A stretch of 64,000 nucleotides of DNA. Origin: an uncultured Candidatus Pelagibacter sp. (GTDB lineage Bacteria > Pseudomonadota > Alphaproteobacteria > Paracaedibacterales > CAIOTO01). How positions within the stretch are numbered: position 1 is the first letter of the stretch; every line of letters begins with the position of its first letter. The position numbers and the translations under genes are program-made. The notes under the pieces are model-generated. The model made no database searches. It saw only the letters and a program-made list of their open reading frames with translations, and was not told where the DNA came from. Positions 46,876 through 56,213 of the stretch are shown piece after piece. The stretch spans positions 25,007 through 89,006 of the forward strand of contig CAYPYB010000004.1 in assembly GCA_964415115.1 (NCBI GenBank), given 5' to 3'.

Positions 46876-48054
46876 ATGAAATCAGTTTATATTTATGATG
46901 GAAAAAGAAGCCCTATGGGATCTTTTCAGGGTCAACTTAATTTACTATCAGGATGGGAAATCATGTCTCATGTTTTATCAGATCTGCATCAAAATACTCT
47001 GCCCGATTATGTTATTTTAGGAAATGTTTTATCGGCTGGACAAGGCCAATCTCCTGCACGACAAGCAGTTCGAACAGGAATACCTCAAGGAAATAATATC
47101 CCCGCAACCAATATTAATAAAATTTGTGGTTCAGGCATGTTTGCCCTTACAACAGCCTATTCATTAATCCAAACAGATATGTATAATGTTATTACAGCAG
47201 GTGGTTTTGAAAGCATGAGTCAAGCCCCATATCTGATTCCCAAAGCACGCAGTGGCTTAAGAATGGGACATGGAAAAATCATTGACCATATGCTTTTTGA
47301 TGGATTAGAAGATGCCTATGAAGAAGCCAGCAATGGAACAAGAAGATCGATGGGAATATTTGCAGACCAAACGGCGCAAGAGTATCAATTTTCAAGACTG
47401 GATCAAGAAGATTTTGCAAAGCAAGGACTTGAAAATTATCTTCAAAATAAGGAACTTTTGCAAAGTGAAATTCATACCCTTCAAATTATAGATCATAAAA
47501 AAAACGTCATTGAAATAGCGTTTGACGAACCTCCATTGCGCGTGAAACCAGAAAAATTTTCTGCACTTCGCCCAGCCTTTAATTCTTCAGGATCTATTAC
47601 AGCAGCTACATCAAGTTCGATTACAGATGGTGCTAATGCTCTAATCCTAGGCACAGAAGAAATGCAAACACGGTTGAACGGTAAACCTATTGCCAAAATT
47701 GTAGGTTCATCTTCACATGCGCAATCTCCTGAAACTTTTACCACAGCCCCTATAGGTGCTATTCAAAAACTTTTAAATCAGCTTAATTGGAAAGTTTCTG
47801 ACGTAGATCTATTTGAAGTCAACGAAGCTTTTGCCATTGTGCCAATGGCTGTCATGAAAGATTTCAATATAGAAAGAAATCGCATGAATGTTTTGTCTGG
47901 CGCTTGTACTCTTGGTCATCCTATTGGATCAAGCGGTTCTAGAATTGTTTTAACACTGATCACAGCGTTACGTCATCGTGACTTAAAACGTGGTATAGCT
48001 TCTGTATGCATAGGTGGTGGAGAAGCCATGGCTATGGCTATTGAAATTGTTTAA
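46876..48054 (+). CDS. Acetyl-CoA C-acetyltransferase (thiolase II)
   Basis: 392 aa. Active-site Cys in NKICGSGM, C-terminal GHPIGSSG and CIGGGEAMAMAIE. Confidence 0.85.
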   Translation: MKSVYIYDGKRSPMGSFQGQLNLLSGWEIMSHVLSDLHQNTLPDYVILGNVLSAGQGQSPARQAVRTGIPQGNNIPATNINKICGSGMFALTTAYSLIQTDMYNVITAGGFESMSQAPYLIPKARSGLRMGHGKIIDHMLFDGLEDAYEEASNGTRRSMGIFADQTAQEYQFSRLDQEDFAKQGLENYLQNKELLQSEIHTLQIIDHKKNVIEIAFDEPPLRVKPEKFSALRPAFNSSGSITAATSSSITDGANALILGTEEMQTRLNGKPIAKIVGSSSHAQSPETFTTAPIGAIQKLLNQLNWKVSDVDLFEVNEAFAIVPMAVMKDFNIERNRMNVLSGACTLGHPIGSSGSRIVLTLITALRHRDLKRGIASVCIGGGEAMAMAIEIV

Positions 48055-48130
48055 ATTATTTCGTTTGATCAATAAACTTAAATATATAAAATATATTTAA
48101 ATATAATCAAACATATTTAATAAATTTGAT

Positions 48131-50101
48131 ATGTGTATGTTTTTTATATTATTTTCTTTATATGTATTCGTTTCTCCCTTACAAAGCAGTGAAGATTCTC
48201 CAATCACTATTCCTGCTAATATATTAGCTAGATTCAATGAAATTAGTGAATAACCTCTATCAGAAAGAGATAGTTCTATTTGAGGGCACATTGTAAGATT
48301 TAGTAAAGCAGGTCTGAATGAAGAAACAGAAAAAAGAGATCATCATGTTAGAGAAATTGTTTCACAATTTTTATTGAATTATACCGTATCATCGAATAAT
48401 TTAGTCGATAAACTTCACTTTACTTTTTCAAAGAATGAACGAAATATCTACTGTTGTCAGGTATTAGGATATTTTTTAACACTATATGCACTTCAGAAAA
48501 CTCCATATATTATTAAAATGTTTGCGTTGCAAGCTATCAATTTAATTCCTATATTCTTCATTTTTTATCATCAGCAATAAGTGCTATTTTTTATTCATCA
48601 ATCATCCACATTATGGTTAAATCTACCATTCTCAATAAACTTCACTTACCTATAAAAGAGACTTTATACGACATAACAACACAAATTTTTCCATTATTTA
48701 TTGATGTTCTTCACTATTCACTCGATAAAACAGAATGTGACAACCCACTAATTCACCAATTATATCCGAATGCATATTCATTAAGGCTCAATAGAAATAG
48801 GTTGGAGAATTCTTTAGGTACCTTTCAACGCACTGTTGCACATTATATTCTCAATACTTTACAATTTTCTTCCATAAATCTTACCGACATAACAAACTAT
48901 CAAATAACATCTATTAAAGAAGTAGGTCAACTCAATTTGAAGAGAATTAAACTAAAATTAGCCAACAAAATCAAACTCACAGAAAATGAGAAAATAATTA
49001 TAAAACGCTTCTTGCTTTCCCCTTATATCGTTCTGAAAACCATTTGACGACTTGTTGAGGAGCCTTCTTCATGGTTGGATTTACTCCACATGATATATTA
49101 CGGCCCCTAGTTAAATAGGGGCTCTGCATCTATATCGATGATCAAAAATATGGATGGTTTTATTACATCATTTTAGTGTAGTGCTGAAAATGTTCAATCT
49201 TATCTGCAAAATTCACTTTTCAATCAAAGCATCGAAGTACAACAAACACTAGTTGATATTTATCTAAAATACAAAAATGATTTAAAATTTTTATGTATAA
49301 ATCTCTTAGCTTTTATGGGAAATGACGAGCACCTTAATGAAGATAAAAAAATAATTGAAAGAGAACTCTTCTATCTCCAATTTCAACAACAAATCTATAC
49401 ATTCATTAATCGTTTTCAACCTCTTGGATCTTTTACATTATAACCACTACTAGATAACAAGAACACGTCACATTTAAACATGATCCCATTAGCCTAAAAA
49501 TATTATGATAACTTAGACCGATTTCGTTTTTTTGAAGCCACTAACAACACTCAAAATATAGCATCTCAAAAATTAAATGAAATAAATTTACTAAGTGTGT
49601 ACACCAAAGAATTACTAAAAAAGAATTTACTGTCGCACTATTCTAATATTCTTAAAAATCCTATGAGTATTCCAACAGAAGAAATTAATCAACATAAAGG
49701 TATTTTACAAATCGAAGACTCTTTATCTGATAACATACTATCTCTTGGATACAATTAAGAAGAAAAAGAAAAAATTATGCATGAATTTTTTATCGATATA
49801 ACAAGTGTGGATGATCTATGTTTTGAATATTGCATGTTTAATAGCATAGAGGAATTAAATTCATTAAAAAATCTCTTGCCAAAACACTATTGAAAAGTTA
49901 AACGATACCGATCGTTCATTATTATCAGTATACAAAAAGATGTATGAAAAAAGTGAAATCCAGAATTTGTCTGATTTATTAAATTTCGAATTTATATGAG
50001 ACCAAATTCAAGTTTATAAATTAGAAGAATATTCAGAATTTCATATGGCAGGAGAAACATCTTCACAACTACAATCTGAAATATTGAATTATAAAATCTA
50101 G
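48131..50101 (+). pseudogene. Decayed gene(s): about 2 kb of same-strand ORF fragments beginning with a signal-peptide-like start
   Basis: The first fragment is MCMFFILFSLYVFVSPLQSSEDSP... (stop at 48251). At least seven further + strand fragments of 30-144 codons follow (for example 48374..48580 and 48613..49047). They sit in shifting frames separated by stops. No ORF of comparable length exists on the minus strand. Confidence 0.5.
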
Positions 50102-50220
50102 CACAATCTATATTTATAATTTCATCGCACGTTTTTTTTAGATAAAAGCATTCAACGTCATCATTAAAAAAGTTTAGATACACTTTAATGATAACGATTT
50201 CAAATTATATTTCCAAAAAT

Positions 50221-50976
50221 CTAAAAAGGTGAAATTTTATTCATCACCTGGTGACCCCATGGGAACGATTGAAGATCTGATAAATCACCTCGACCACCAT
50301 AAGAAATTCTTAACTCAGAAATTTTATCCCAATTTACGATATTCGTTGCGGAAATATCTTCCCTTCTAATGATTCCTCTTAGTAAAACTTCTCGAACTTC
50401 ATTAACTACGCGTAATTCTTGACGACCATCGATAACCATATTTCCATTAGGCAAAATTTGAGTAACCGTGGTTGCAATCTTGAATTTCATTTTATCTTTC
50501 ACATCGTACTTCGCAGAACCCTTTAGGTCAGGCGAATTAGAAGCACTGAACCAAGATGGATTATTAGATCCATCCGAATTTCTTTGAGATTTGGGAAACA
50601 AATTAGGTATTTTACGTTCTAACCCCATTAAATTACTTACTGCCGAATTACTAGACACTGTACGTTTTAATGTTGGTGTCATTTCAATCGATTCTTGTTG
50701 ATCAATCACAACGTTGACGGTAATGATGTCTCCTACTTTTCCGGCTCTCTGGTCTTTAAAAAATCCCTGCGCTCCCGCTTGCCATAATGATGCAGACTTA
50801 TGTCTTTTCCTCTCTATTGGTGTAGGCATAGGCATTGAAATAGGTTGATAACCTCTAATACGCGTAGGATCTTGAATCTCACTAAGCTGAGGTCTTTCAC
50901 CAATACTAGACAGTTGTTCTGCTAAATTGCAACCAGATAGGAATATAACCCACAGAAGCGTTAAATAATTTATCAT
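50221..50976 (-). CDS. flgH: Flagellar L-ring lipoprotein
   Basis: 251 aa. Lipobox FLSGC, LWQAGAQGFFKDQRAGKVGDIITVNV, and a C-terminal ISYGGRG. Confidence 0.9.
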   Translation of the reverse strand: MINYLTLLWVIFLSGCNLAEQLSSIGERPQLSEIQDPTRIRGYQPISMPMPTPIERKRHKSASLWQAGAQGFFKDQRAGKVGDIITVNVVIDQQESIEMTPTLKRTVSSNSAVSNLMGLERKIPNLFPKSQRNSDGSNNPSWFSASNSPDLKGSAKYDVKDKMKFKIATTVTQILPNGNMVIDGRQELRVVNEVREVLLRGIIRREDISATNIVNWDKISELRISYGGRGDLSDLQSFPWGHQVMNKISPF

Positions 50977-51668
50977 GTAAGTGTTCCTGAAAGAGCTTGG
51001 TTTTCATTGATAATGCGAGCATTAATTCTCTTTTTTGAAGATAGCTCAAATGGAATAATATCCCCTTTAGCTCCCGATTTTATAGCTGTTGCGGGCAGAG
51101 AAATAGTTAAATTTGAATCTTGCCAGTGGATAGTGATAACATCACCCTTTTTGATAATTTCATTTCTTTCCAGATCACTTAAAGCTATAGGCTTATTGGA
51201 TTTTAAAGACCTCTGTATTTTAATTTTTTGACCTAACAAGTAATCTACAGAAGTAATGGTTTGTGCTTGTACAAAGCTTTGATCAAAATTTTGAATTGCG
51301 ATCATTTCTTTTGTAATCTCTGTGCCACCTGAACTTGTTACTTTCAAAACAGGTAAAAGAACTTGTTCAATAATAAATCCAGAAACTTTTTTATTAGTTT
51401 TTCCATGTTGAATTTCTGCTAAAAATCTTTGTGTATTATGAATTTTTTCAAATGATTTCACTATGATTTCATGATTATCTACACTATTCCAGTTAGTTGA
51501 CCAATGGTCTAGTTTCACACGAAAATTTCCAGCATTACTGCTTTGAAGCGCGTGTGCAAAAATGGTCTTCTCAATATTTTCTTTGTTTAGTGAATTAGCC
51601 TGAATATTAAATTCAACACAATAACAAATCATAAAAGCCATAATTTTTTTTAAAGTACTATCTAACAT
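50973..51668 (-). CDS. flgA: Flagellar basal-body P-ring formation chaperone
   Basis: 231 aa with a signal peptide. The C-terminal SAF/ChapFlgA pattern is IKKGDVITIHWQDSNLTISLPATAIKSGAKGDIIPFE. It overlaps flgH by 4 nt. Confidence 0.8.
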   Translation of the reverse strand: MLDSTLKKIMAFMICYCVEFNIQANSLNKENIEKTIFAHALQSSNAGNFRVKLDHWSTNWNSVDNHEIIVKSFEKIHNTQRFLAEIQHGKTNKKVSGFIIEQVLLPVLKVTSSGGTEITKEMIAIQNFDQSFVQAQTITSVDYLLGQKIKIQRSLKSNKPIALSDLERNEIIKKGDVITIHWQDSNLTISLPATAIKSGAKGDIIPFELSSKKRINARIINENQALSGTLT

Positions 51669-51671
51669 TGC

Positions 51672-52469
51672 TTACCTCACTTGTAATAAAGAACTTAACA
51701 TTGATTCAATTGTTTTAAGCGATTTAGTAAGCATGTCATATATTTTTTCAATGCGAATTAAATCTGTCATTTCTTCAACAGCATTCACGTTGGATCCTTC
51801 TCGCCATCCATGTTTTATAGCACCTCTACGCACAGTATTGGGCACTCCAATATCAGGTGCACCTGATGCAGGTGTTTCTACAAATGTGGAATCTCCATAT
51901 GCTTTTAATCCTGAAGGATTAGCAAACGTAGCAATTTGGAATTGTCCTACTAATTGTCCATTTTGATTATCAGCTGTTGTGATATAGACCTGACCATCAG
52001 GGTTAATGTCAATCTTAGTTGCATTTGTTGGAATGGTAATACCTGGCTGAACGACATAACCCGTTTTTGGCATCACTATTTCACCATTCGCATTTTTTTG
52101 TAAAGCACCTAAGCGGGAAAACCCTTGCTGACCATTAGGTAAAGTTACACTGAAAAAACCTTCTCCATCAATCAAAACATCTAAAGGATTACCTGTGTCT
52201 TGATGTTCGCCTTGGGTGAAGTCTCTATATATTCCAACTGTTTGCACACCCATACCAATTTGTGTACCAGTAGGATTTACAGTACCTAAAGTAGACGTCG
52301 TCATTCCCACACCACCTTTGTCAAGATAAGGTAAATCAGATGTAACATGATACTGTTTTTTATACGCATCAGCACCTGATGCAGCAATATTTTGAATCTT
52401 AGCATTAAGAGATGCTTCTGTTACTTGAAGACCCGTTTTTGAGATGTTTAATGCATTATAAATAGACAT
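51672..52469 (-). CDS. flgG: Flagellar basal-body distal rod protein
   Basis: 265 aa. N-terminal rod motif and C-terminal GSNVNAVEEMTDLIRIEKIYDMLTKSLKT. Confidence 0.9.
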   Translation of the reverse strand: MSIYNALNISKTGLQVTEASLNAKIQNIAASGADAYKKQYHVTSDLPYLDKGGVGMTTSTLGTVNPTGTQIGMGVQTVGIYRDFTQGEHQDTGNPLDVLIDGEGFFSVTLPNGQQGFSRLGALQKNANGEIVMPKTGYVVQPGITIPTNATKIDINPDGQVYITTADNQNGQLVGQFQIATFANPSGLKAYGDSTFVETPASGAPDIGVPNTVRRGAIKHGWREGSNVNAVEEMTDLIRIEKIYDMLTKSLKTIESMLSSLLQVR

Positions 52470-52487
52470 TCTATTCCCTTATTTACT

Positions 52488-53240
52488 TTAAGCCATTCTA
52501 GCCGTTGCGTTTCTTGTTTCCTTTTGCAGATCTTCGTATGCTTGAATCATTTTTTGTGCCTCTTCATAACGGTGGGACACTTGCATCAATTGAATGCTTG
52601 CTTGAACTGGGGAAACATTTGATTCTTCATAGCCACCTTGAAACAGCATACTTGTATCATCAAGCAAAGACTGTTGTGAATAGTTTCTAAAGTTTTTGCC
52701 CTCTAATTTAAAATCTTTATGATTTTCAAAGGTAAAGACACCCAGTTGACCGATTTTTTTATTATTAAGATTCATTGTTCCGTCATTGGCAACGAAAAAT
52801 TGATCGACGTTACCTGAAATAACAATTTCTGTTAAGTTATTATCTAAAACAGGGTTTCCCTTACCATCTGTCAGTCTTCTTTCTGAATCCAGTACAAATC
52901 TACCATTTCTGGTATAGCGAATTCCTTTATCTGTTTGAATCGCAAACACACCGTTACCGTTAATGGCAAAATCAAGTTTATTATTGGTTTGAGCCGTACT
53001 ACCATTCGACAAATGGTTTTGAGTGCCCTCTGATTTTAAAAATGAAATATTACTTTTTTCTCTAGATCGATATTCTGCTGCTTCTACCATCACCACAAAG
53101 GCTTTAAACCCTGGTGTCTGTGCATTAGCTAAATTCTGTGTAATGATGTTCAATTCTTCTTCTTGAACATTTTGTAAAGACATTAATATTGCCTGCGGCT
53201 TCTGTATCAAAATCTTGTCACTATTTATTGCAATTCCCAT
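52488..53240 (-). CDS. flgF: Flagellar basal-body proximal rod protein
   Basis: QNLANAQTPGFKA N-terminal rod motif and C-terminal YEESNVSPVQASIQLMQVSHRYE. The start is set at ATG 53240, because the ORF-track TTG (53267) coincides with the transcription start predicted from the sigma-54 promoter. Confidence 0.85.
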   Translation of the reverse strand: MGIAINSDKILIQKPQAILMSLQNVQEEELNIITQNLANAQTPGFKAFVVMVEAAEYRSREKSNISFLKSEGTQNHLSNGSTAQTNNKLDFAINGNGVFAIQTDKGIRYTRNGRFVLDSERRLTDGKGNPVLDNNLTEIVISGNVDQFFVANDGTMNLNNKKIGQLGVFTFENHKDFKLEGKNFRNYSQQSLLDDTSMLFQGGYEESNVSPVQASIQLMQVSHRYEEAQKMIQAYEDLQKETRNATARMA

Positions 53241-53276
53241 ATCAAAATCTTGCTGAAACAACTTCAAAATGATTAA

Positions 53277-53292
53277 TGCAAATTACGTGCCA
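53277..53292 (-). promoter_or_regulatory. Sigma-54 (-24/-12) promoter upstream of flgF
   Basis: The minus strand reads TGGCACGTAATTTGCA. This is a perfect match to TGGCACG-N4-TTGCW, with the GC element about 38 nt upstream of ATG 53240. Confidence 0.75.
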
Positions 53293-53300
53293 AAAAATAA

Positions 53301-53330
53301 AAAAGCCGTTTAAAAAAACGGCTTTTTTAT
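53301..53330 (-). terminator. Rho-independent terminator downstream of secA
   Basis: AAAAGCCGTTT (53301-53311) pairs with AAACGGCTTTT (53316-53326). T-runs flank the stem on both strands. It lies between the secA stop (53354) and the flgF promoter. Confidence 0.75.
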
Positions 53331-53353
53331 TTTAGATATTTTGTGGGATTTGT

Positions 53354-56050
53354 TTATACAATAACACCACAACAATATTTGTATTTTTTTCCAGAACCAC
53401 AAAGACAATCTGCATTTCTTGCGGGTCTTTTTTCTCTTGGTAGATTTTCATCTAATTCATTTTGCACGGGCGTGTATTCACCTTCAGCTGAACTGGACCA
53501 ATCCAAATATGATTCGTGGATATCTTTAATATCCGTATTCGATTTTAAAATGGATTCCAAAGCATCAGAGTCAGTCATTGACAATTCAAAGTGGGCTAAT
53601 GCAAAAACAAAACTTTCACGAATTTTATTCATCATGTATTGAAATGCATTATAAGCTTCACGTTTATATTCATTTAAAGGGTTACCCTGAGCATATGCGC
53701 GCCAATTAATACCTTGACGAATATGATCTAAGGCATGTAAATGTCCACGCCATGCTTCATCGATGGAACGCAAAAGCAGGTTTTTTTCTGCTGTTCGCAT
53801 AAATTCAAAACTGTATTTTTGTTCTTTATATTTTAAAACAACATTGAGTTCTTCACGAATTGTTTTTTTAAGCAAATCAATTGAAATATTTTTTCTTTGT
53901 AATAAACGATCAAAGTCAACGTTAACACCACAGATGCGCAATACTTCTGTATGTAAACCATGAATATCCCACTGTTCAATTAATGAATTATCAAGAATGT
54001 AACGATCAACGGTATGGTCAACAACATCTTCTGCTGTATCATGAACCATTTCAGAAATATCTTGGCTAGCCATAATTTCACGACGTTGTTCGTAAATAAT
54101 TTTACGTTGTTCGTTCATAACGTCATCGTATTTTAAAACTTGTTTACGGATGTCAAAGTTTCTGGCTTCAACACGTTTTTGAGCATTTTCCAAAGCTTTG
54201 TTCATCCACTTATGTGAAATGACTTCACCCTCTTCTACACCCATTTTGCGAAACACAGATTCTAATTGCTGTGATCCAAAAATACGCAGTAAATCATCTT
54301 CTAAAGACAAATAGAATTTTGATCCTCCAGGGTCACCTTGGCGACCAGAACGACCTCTTAACTGATTATCAACTCTTCGGCTTTCATGTCTTTCTGTACC
54401 AATGACATATAATCCACCAGCAGCTTTAACAGTTTCTTGATCAGCAGAAATTTCTTGTTCAATTTCTTTAATCATGCGATCGCGAACTGGTCCTTCAGGA
54501 ATTTTTGAAAGCTCTGTAGCAACACGCATTTCTAAGTTGCCGCCTAACTTAATATCTGTACCGCGACCAGCCATGTTTGTGGCAATCGTCACAGCACCCG
54601 TACGTCCAGCTTCAGCAACGATAAATGCTTCATGTTCGTGATAACGTGCATTCAATACCTTGTGTGGAACTTTTTCTTTTTTTAGTAAATCAGAAATTTG
54701 TTCTGATTTTTCAATACTTGTTGTTCCAACCAATACAGGCTGCCCCTTCGAATGGCATTCTTTAATTTGCTCCACAACTGCGTTATATTTTTCTCGCACA
54801 CTCATGAATACTTCATCATTAGAATCTTGGCGAATAACGGGAACATTTGTTGGAATTTCTACAGGCGTAAGATTGTAGATTTCTTCAAATTCAGCAGCTT
54901 CTGTCATTGCGGTACCAGTCATACCCGAACATTTTGGATAAAGTCTGAAAAAATTTTGATATGTTATGGATGCTAATGTTTGGTTTTCAACTTCGATTTT
55001 TGCATTTTCTTTAGCTTCTAACGCTTGGTGAAGTCCTTCAGAAAAACGACGTCCTTCCATTTTTCGTCCTGTAAATTCATCAATAATAACAACTTTGTTA
55101 TCCTCTACAATATAGTCCACATCCCGTGTAAATAATTTATGAGCTCTCAATGCAGCATTTACATGGTGAACAACAGCGATGTTATGCACATCATATAAAG
55201 ACTTACCTTTTAAAAGATTTATTTTAAATAGTTCTGTTTCAATTTTTTCAACACCGCTATCAGCTAAAGTAACAGCTTTATGTTTTTCATCTTTTTCATA
55301 GTCTGTATCCGCTAAAAGAGGGATAATTGAGTTCACAGAACGGTATAAATCAGATGAATCTTCAGCAGCACCCGATATGATAAGAGGTGTCCTTGCTTCG
55401 TCAATTAAAATACTATCTGCTTCATCGACAATGGCATAGTTGAATGGACGCATAACCATTTCATTGGCGTGGAACTTCATATTATCTCTTAAATAATCAA
55501 ATCCAAATTCATGGTTTGTTCCATAAGTTATATCGCAGTCGTACATTGCTTTGCGTATGGGAAACGGTTGATCACCTATAACACAACCACAACTCATTCC
55601 TAAAAATTGAAAAAGTTGCCCCATAGTGTCAGAGTCACGTTTCGCCAAATAATCATTGATGGTAACGATATGAACACCTTTGCCTGTCAAAGCATTTAAA
55701 TATACAGGAAGCGTTGCAACTAAAGTTTTTCCTTCACCCGTTTTCATTTCGGCAATTCGGCCTTCATGCAAAACCATACCACCTATAAGCTGAACATCAA
55801 AATGGCGCATTTTAAGAACACGTCTGGACGCTTCTCTAACAACAGCAAATGCTTCGGGAAGTATGGAATCTAACTTTGCCCCTTTTGCAATTCGTTCTTT
55901 AAACTCAACTGTTTTATGTTGAAGCTGAGAATCGGATAGATTTCCCATGGCAGCTTCAAGACGATTAATATCTAAAACTACTTTTGAGTACTTTTTAATA
56001 AGCCTATCACTTGTAGAACCTAAGATTTTATGTAAAATTGAAGAGAACAT
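53354..56050 (-). CDS. secA: Preprotein translocase ATPase SecA
   Basis: 898 aa. Walker A MKTGEGKTL, DEAD-like IVDEADSILIDEA, and a C-terminal zinc motif CLCGSGKKYKYCCG. Confidence 0.95.
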   Translation of the reverse strand: MFSSILHKILGSTSDRLIKKYSKVVLDINRLEAAMGNLSDSQLQHKTVEFKERIAKGAKLDSILPEAFAVVREASRRVLKMRHFDVQLIGGMVLHEGRIAEMKTGEGKTLVATLPVYLNALTGKGVHIVTINDYLAKRDSDTMGQLFQFLGMSCGCVIGDQPFPIRKAMYDCDITYGTNHEFGFDYLRDNMKFHANEMVMRPFNYAIVDEADSILIDEARTPLIISGAAEDSSDLYRSVNSIIPLLADTDYEKDEKHKAVTLADSGVEKIETELFKINLLKGKSLYDVHNIAVVHHVNAALRAHKLFTRDVDYIVEDNKVVIIDEFTGRKMEGRRFSEGLHQALEAKENAKIEVENQTLASITYQNFFRLYPKCSGMTGTAMTEAAEFEEIYNLTPVEIPTNVPVIRQDSNDEVFMSVREKYNAVVEQIKECHSKGQPVLVGTTSIEKSEQISDLLKKEKVPHKVLNARYHEHEAFIVAEAGRTGAVTIATNMAGRGTDIKLGGNLEMRVATELSKIPEGPVRDRMIKEIEQEISADQETVKAAGGLYVIGTERHESRRVDNQLRGRSGRQGDPGGSKFYLSLEDDLLRIFGSQQLESVFRKMGVEEGEVISHKWMNKALENAQKRVEARNFDIRKQVLKYDDVMNEQRKIIYEQRREIMASQDISEMVHDTAEDVVDHTVDRYILDNSLIEQWDIHGLHTEVLRICGVNVDFDRLLQRKNISIDLLKKTIREELNVVLKYKEQKYSFEFMRTAEKNLLLRSIDEAWRGHLHALDHIRQGINWRAYAQGNPLNEYKREAYNAFQYMMNKIRESFVFALAHFELSMTDSDALESILKSNTDIKDIHESYLDWSSSAEGEYTPVQNELDENLPREKRPARNADCLCGSGKKYKYCCGVIV

Positions 56051-56213
56051 TCACATCCTATTTGAATTTTTTATGTATTGTTTTACTATAACACATTTGT
56101 TAAAAAAAACCAGTAACAACCATTTTACTCTCGCCGAATGAATTCATATGTTGCTATAATACAAAAATAGATTGAATAAATTTCAAAGAATCTACATGGA
56201 GAGAGTATCACCT

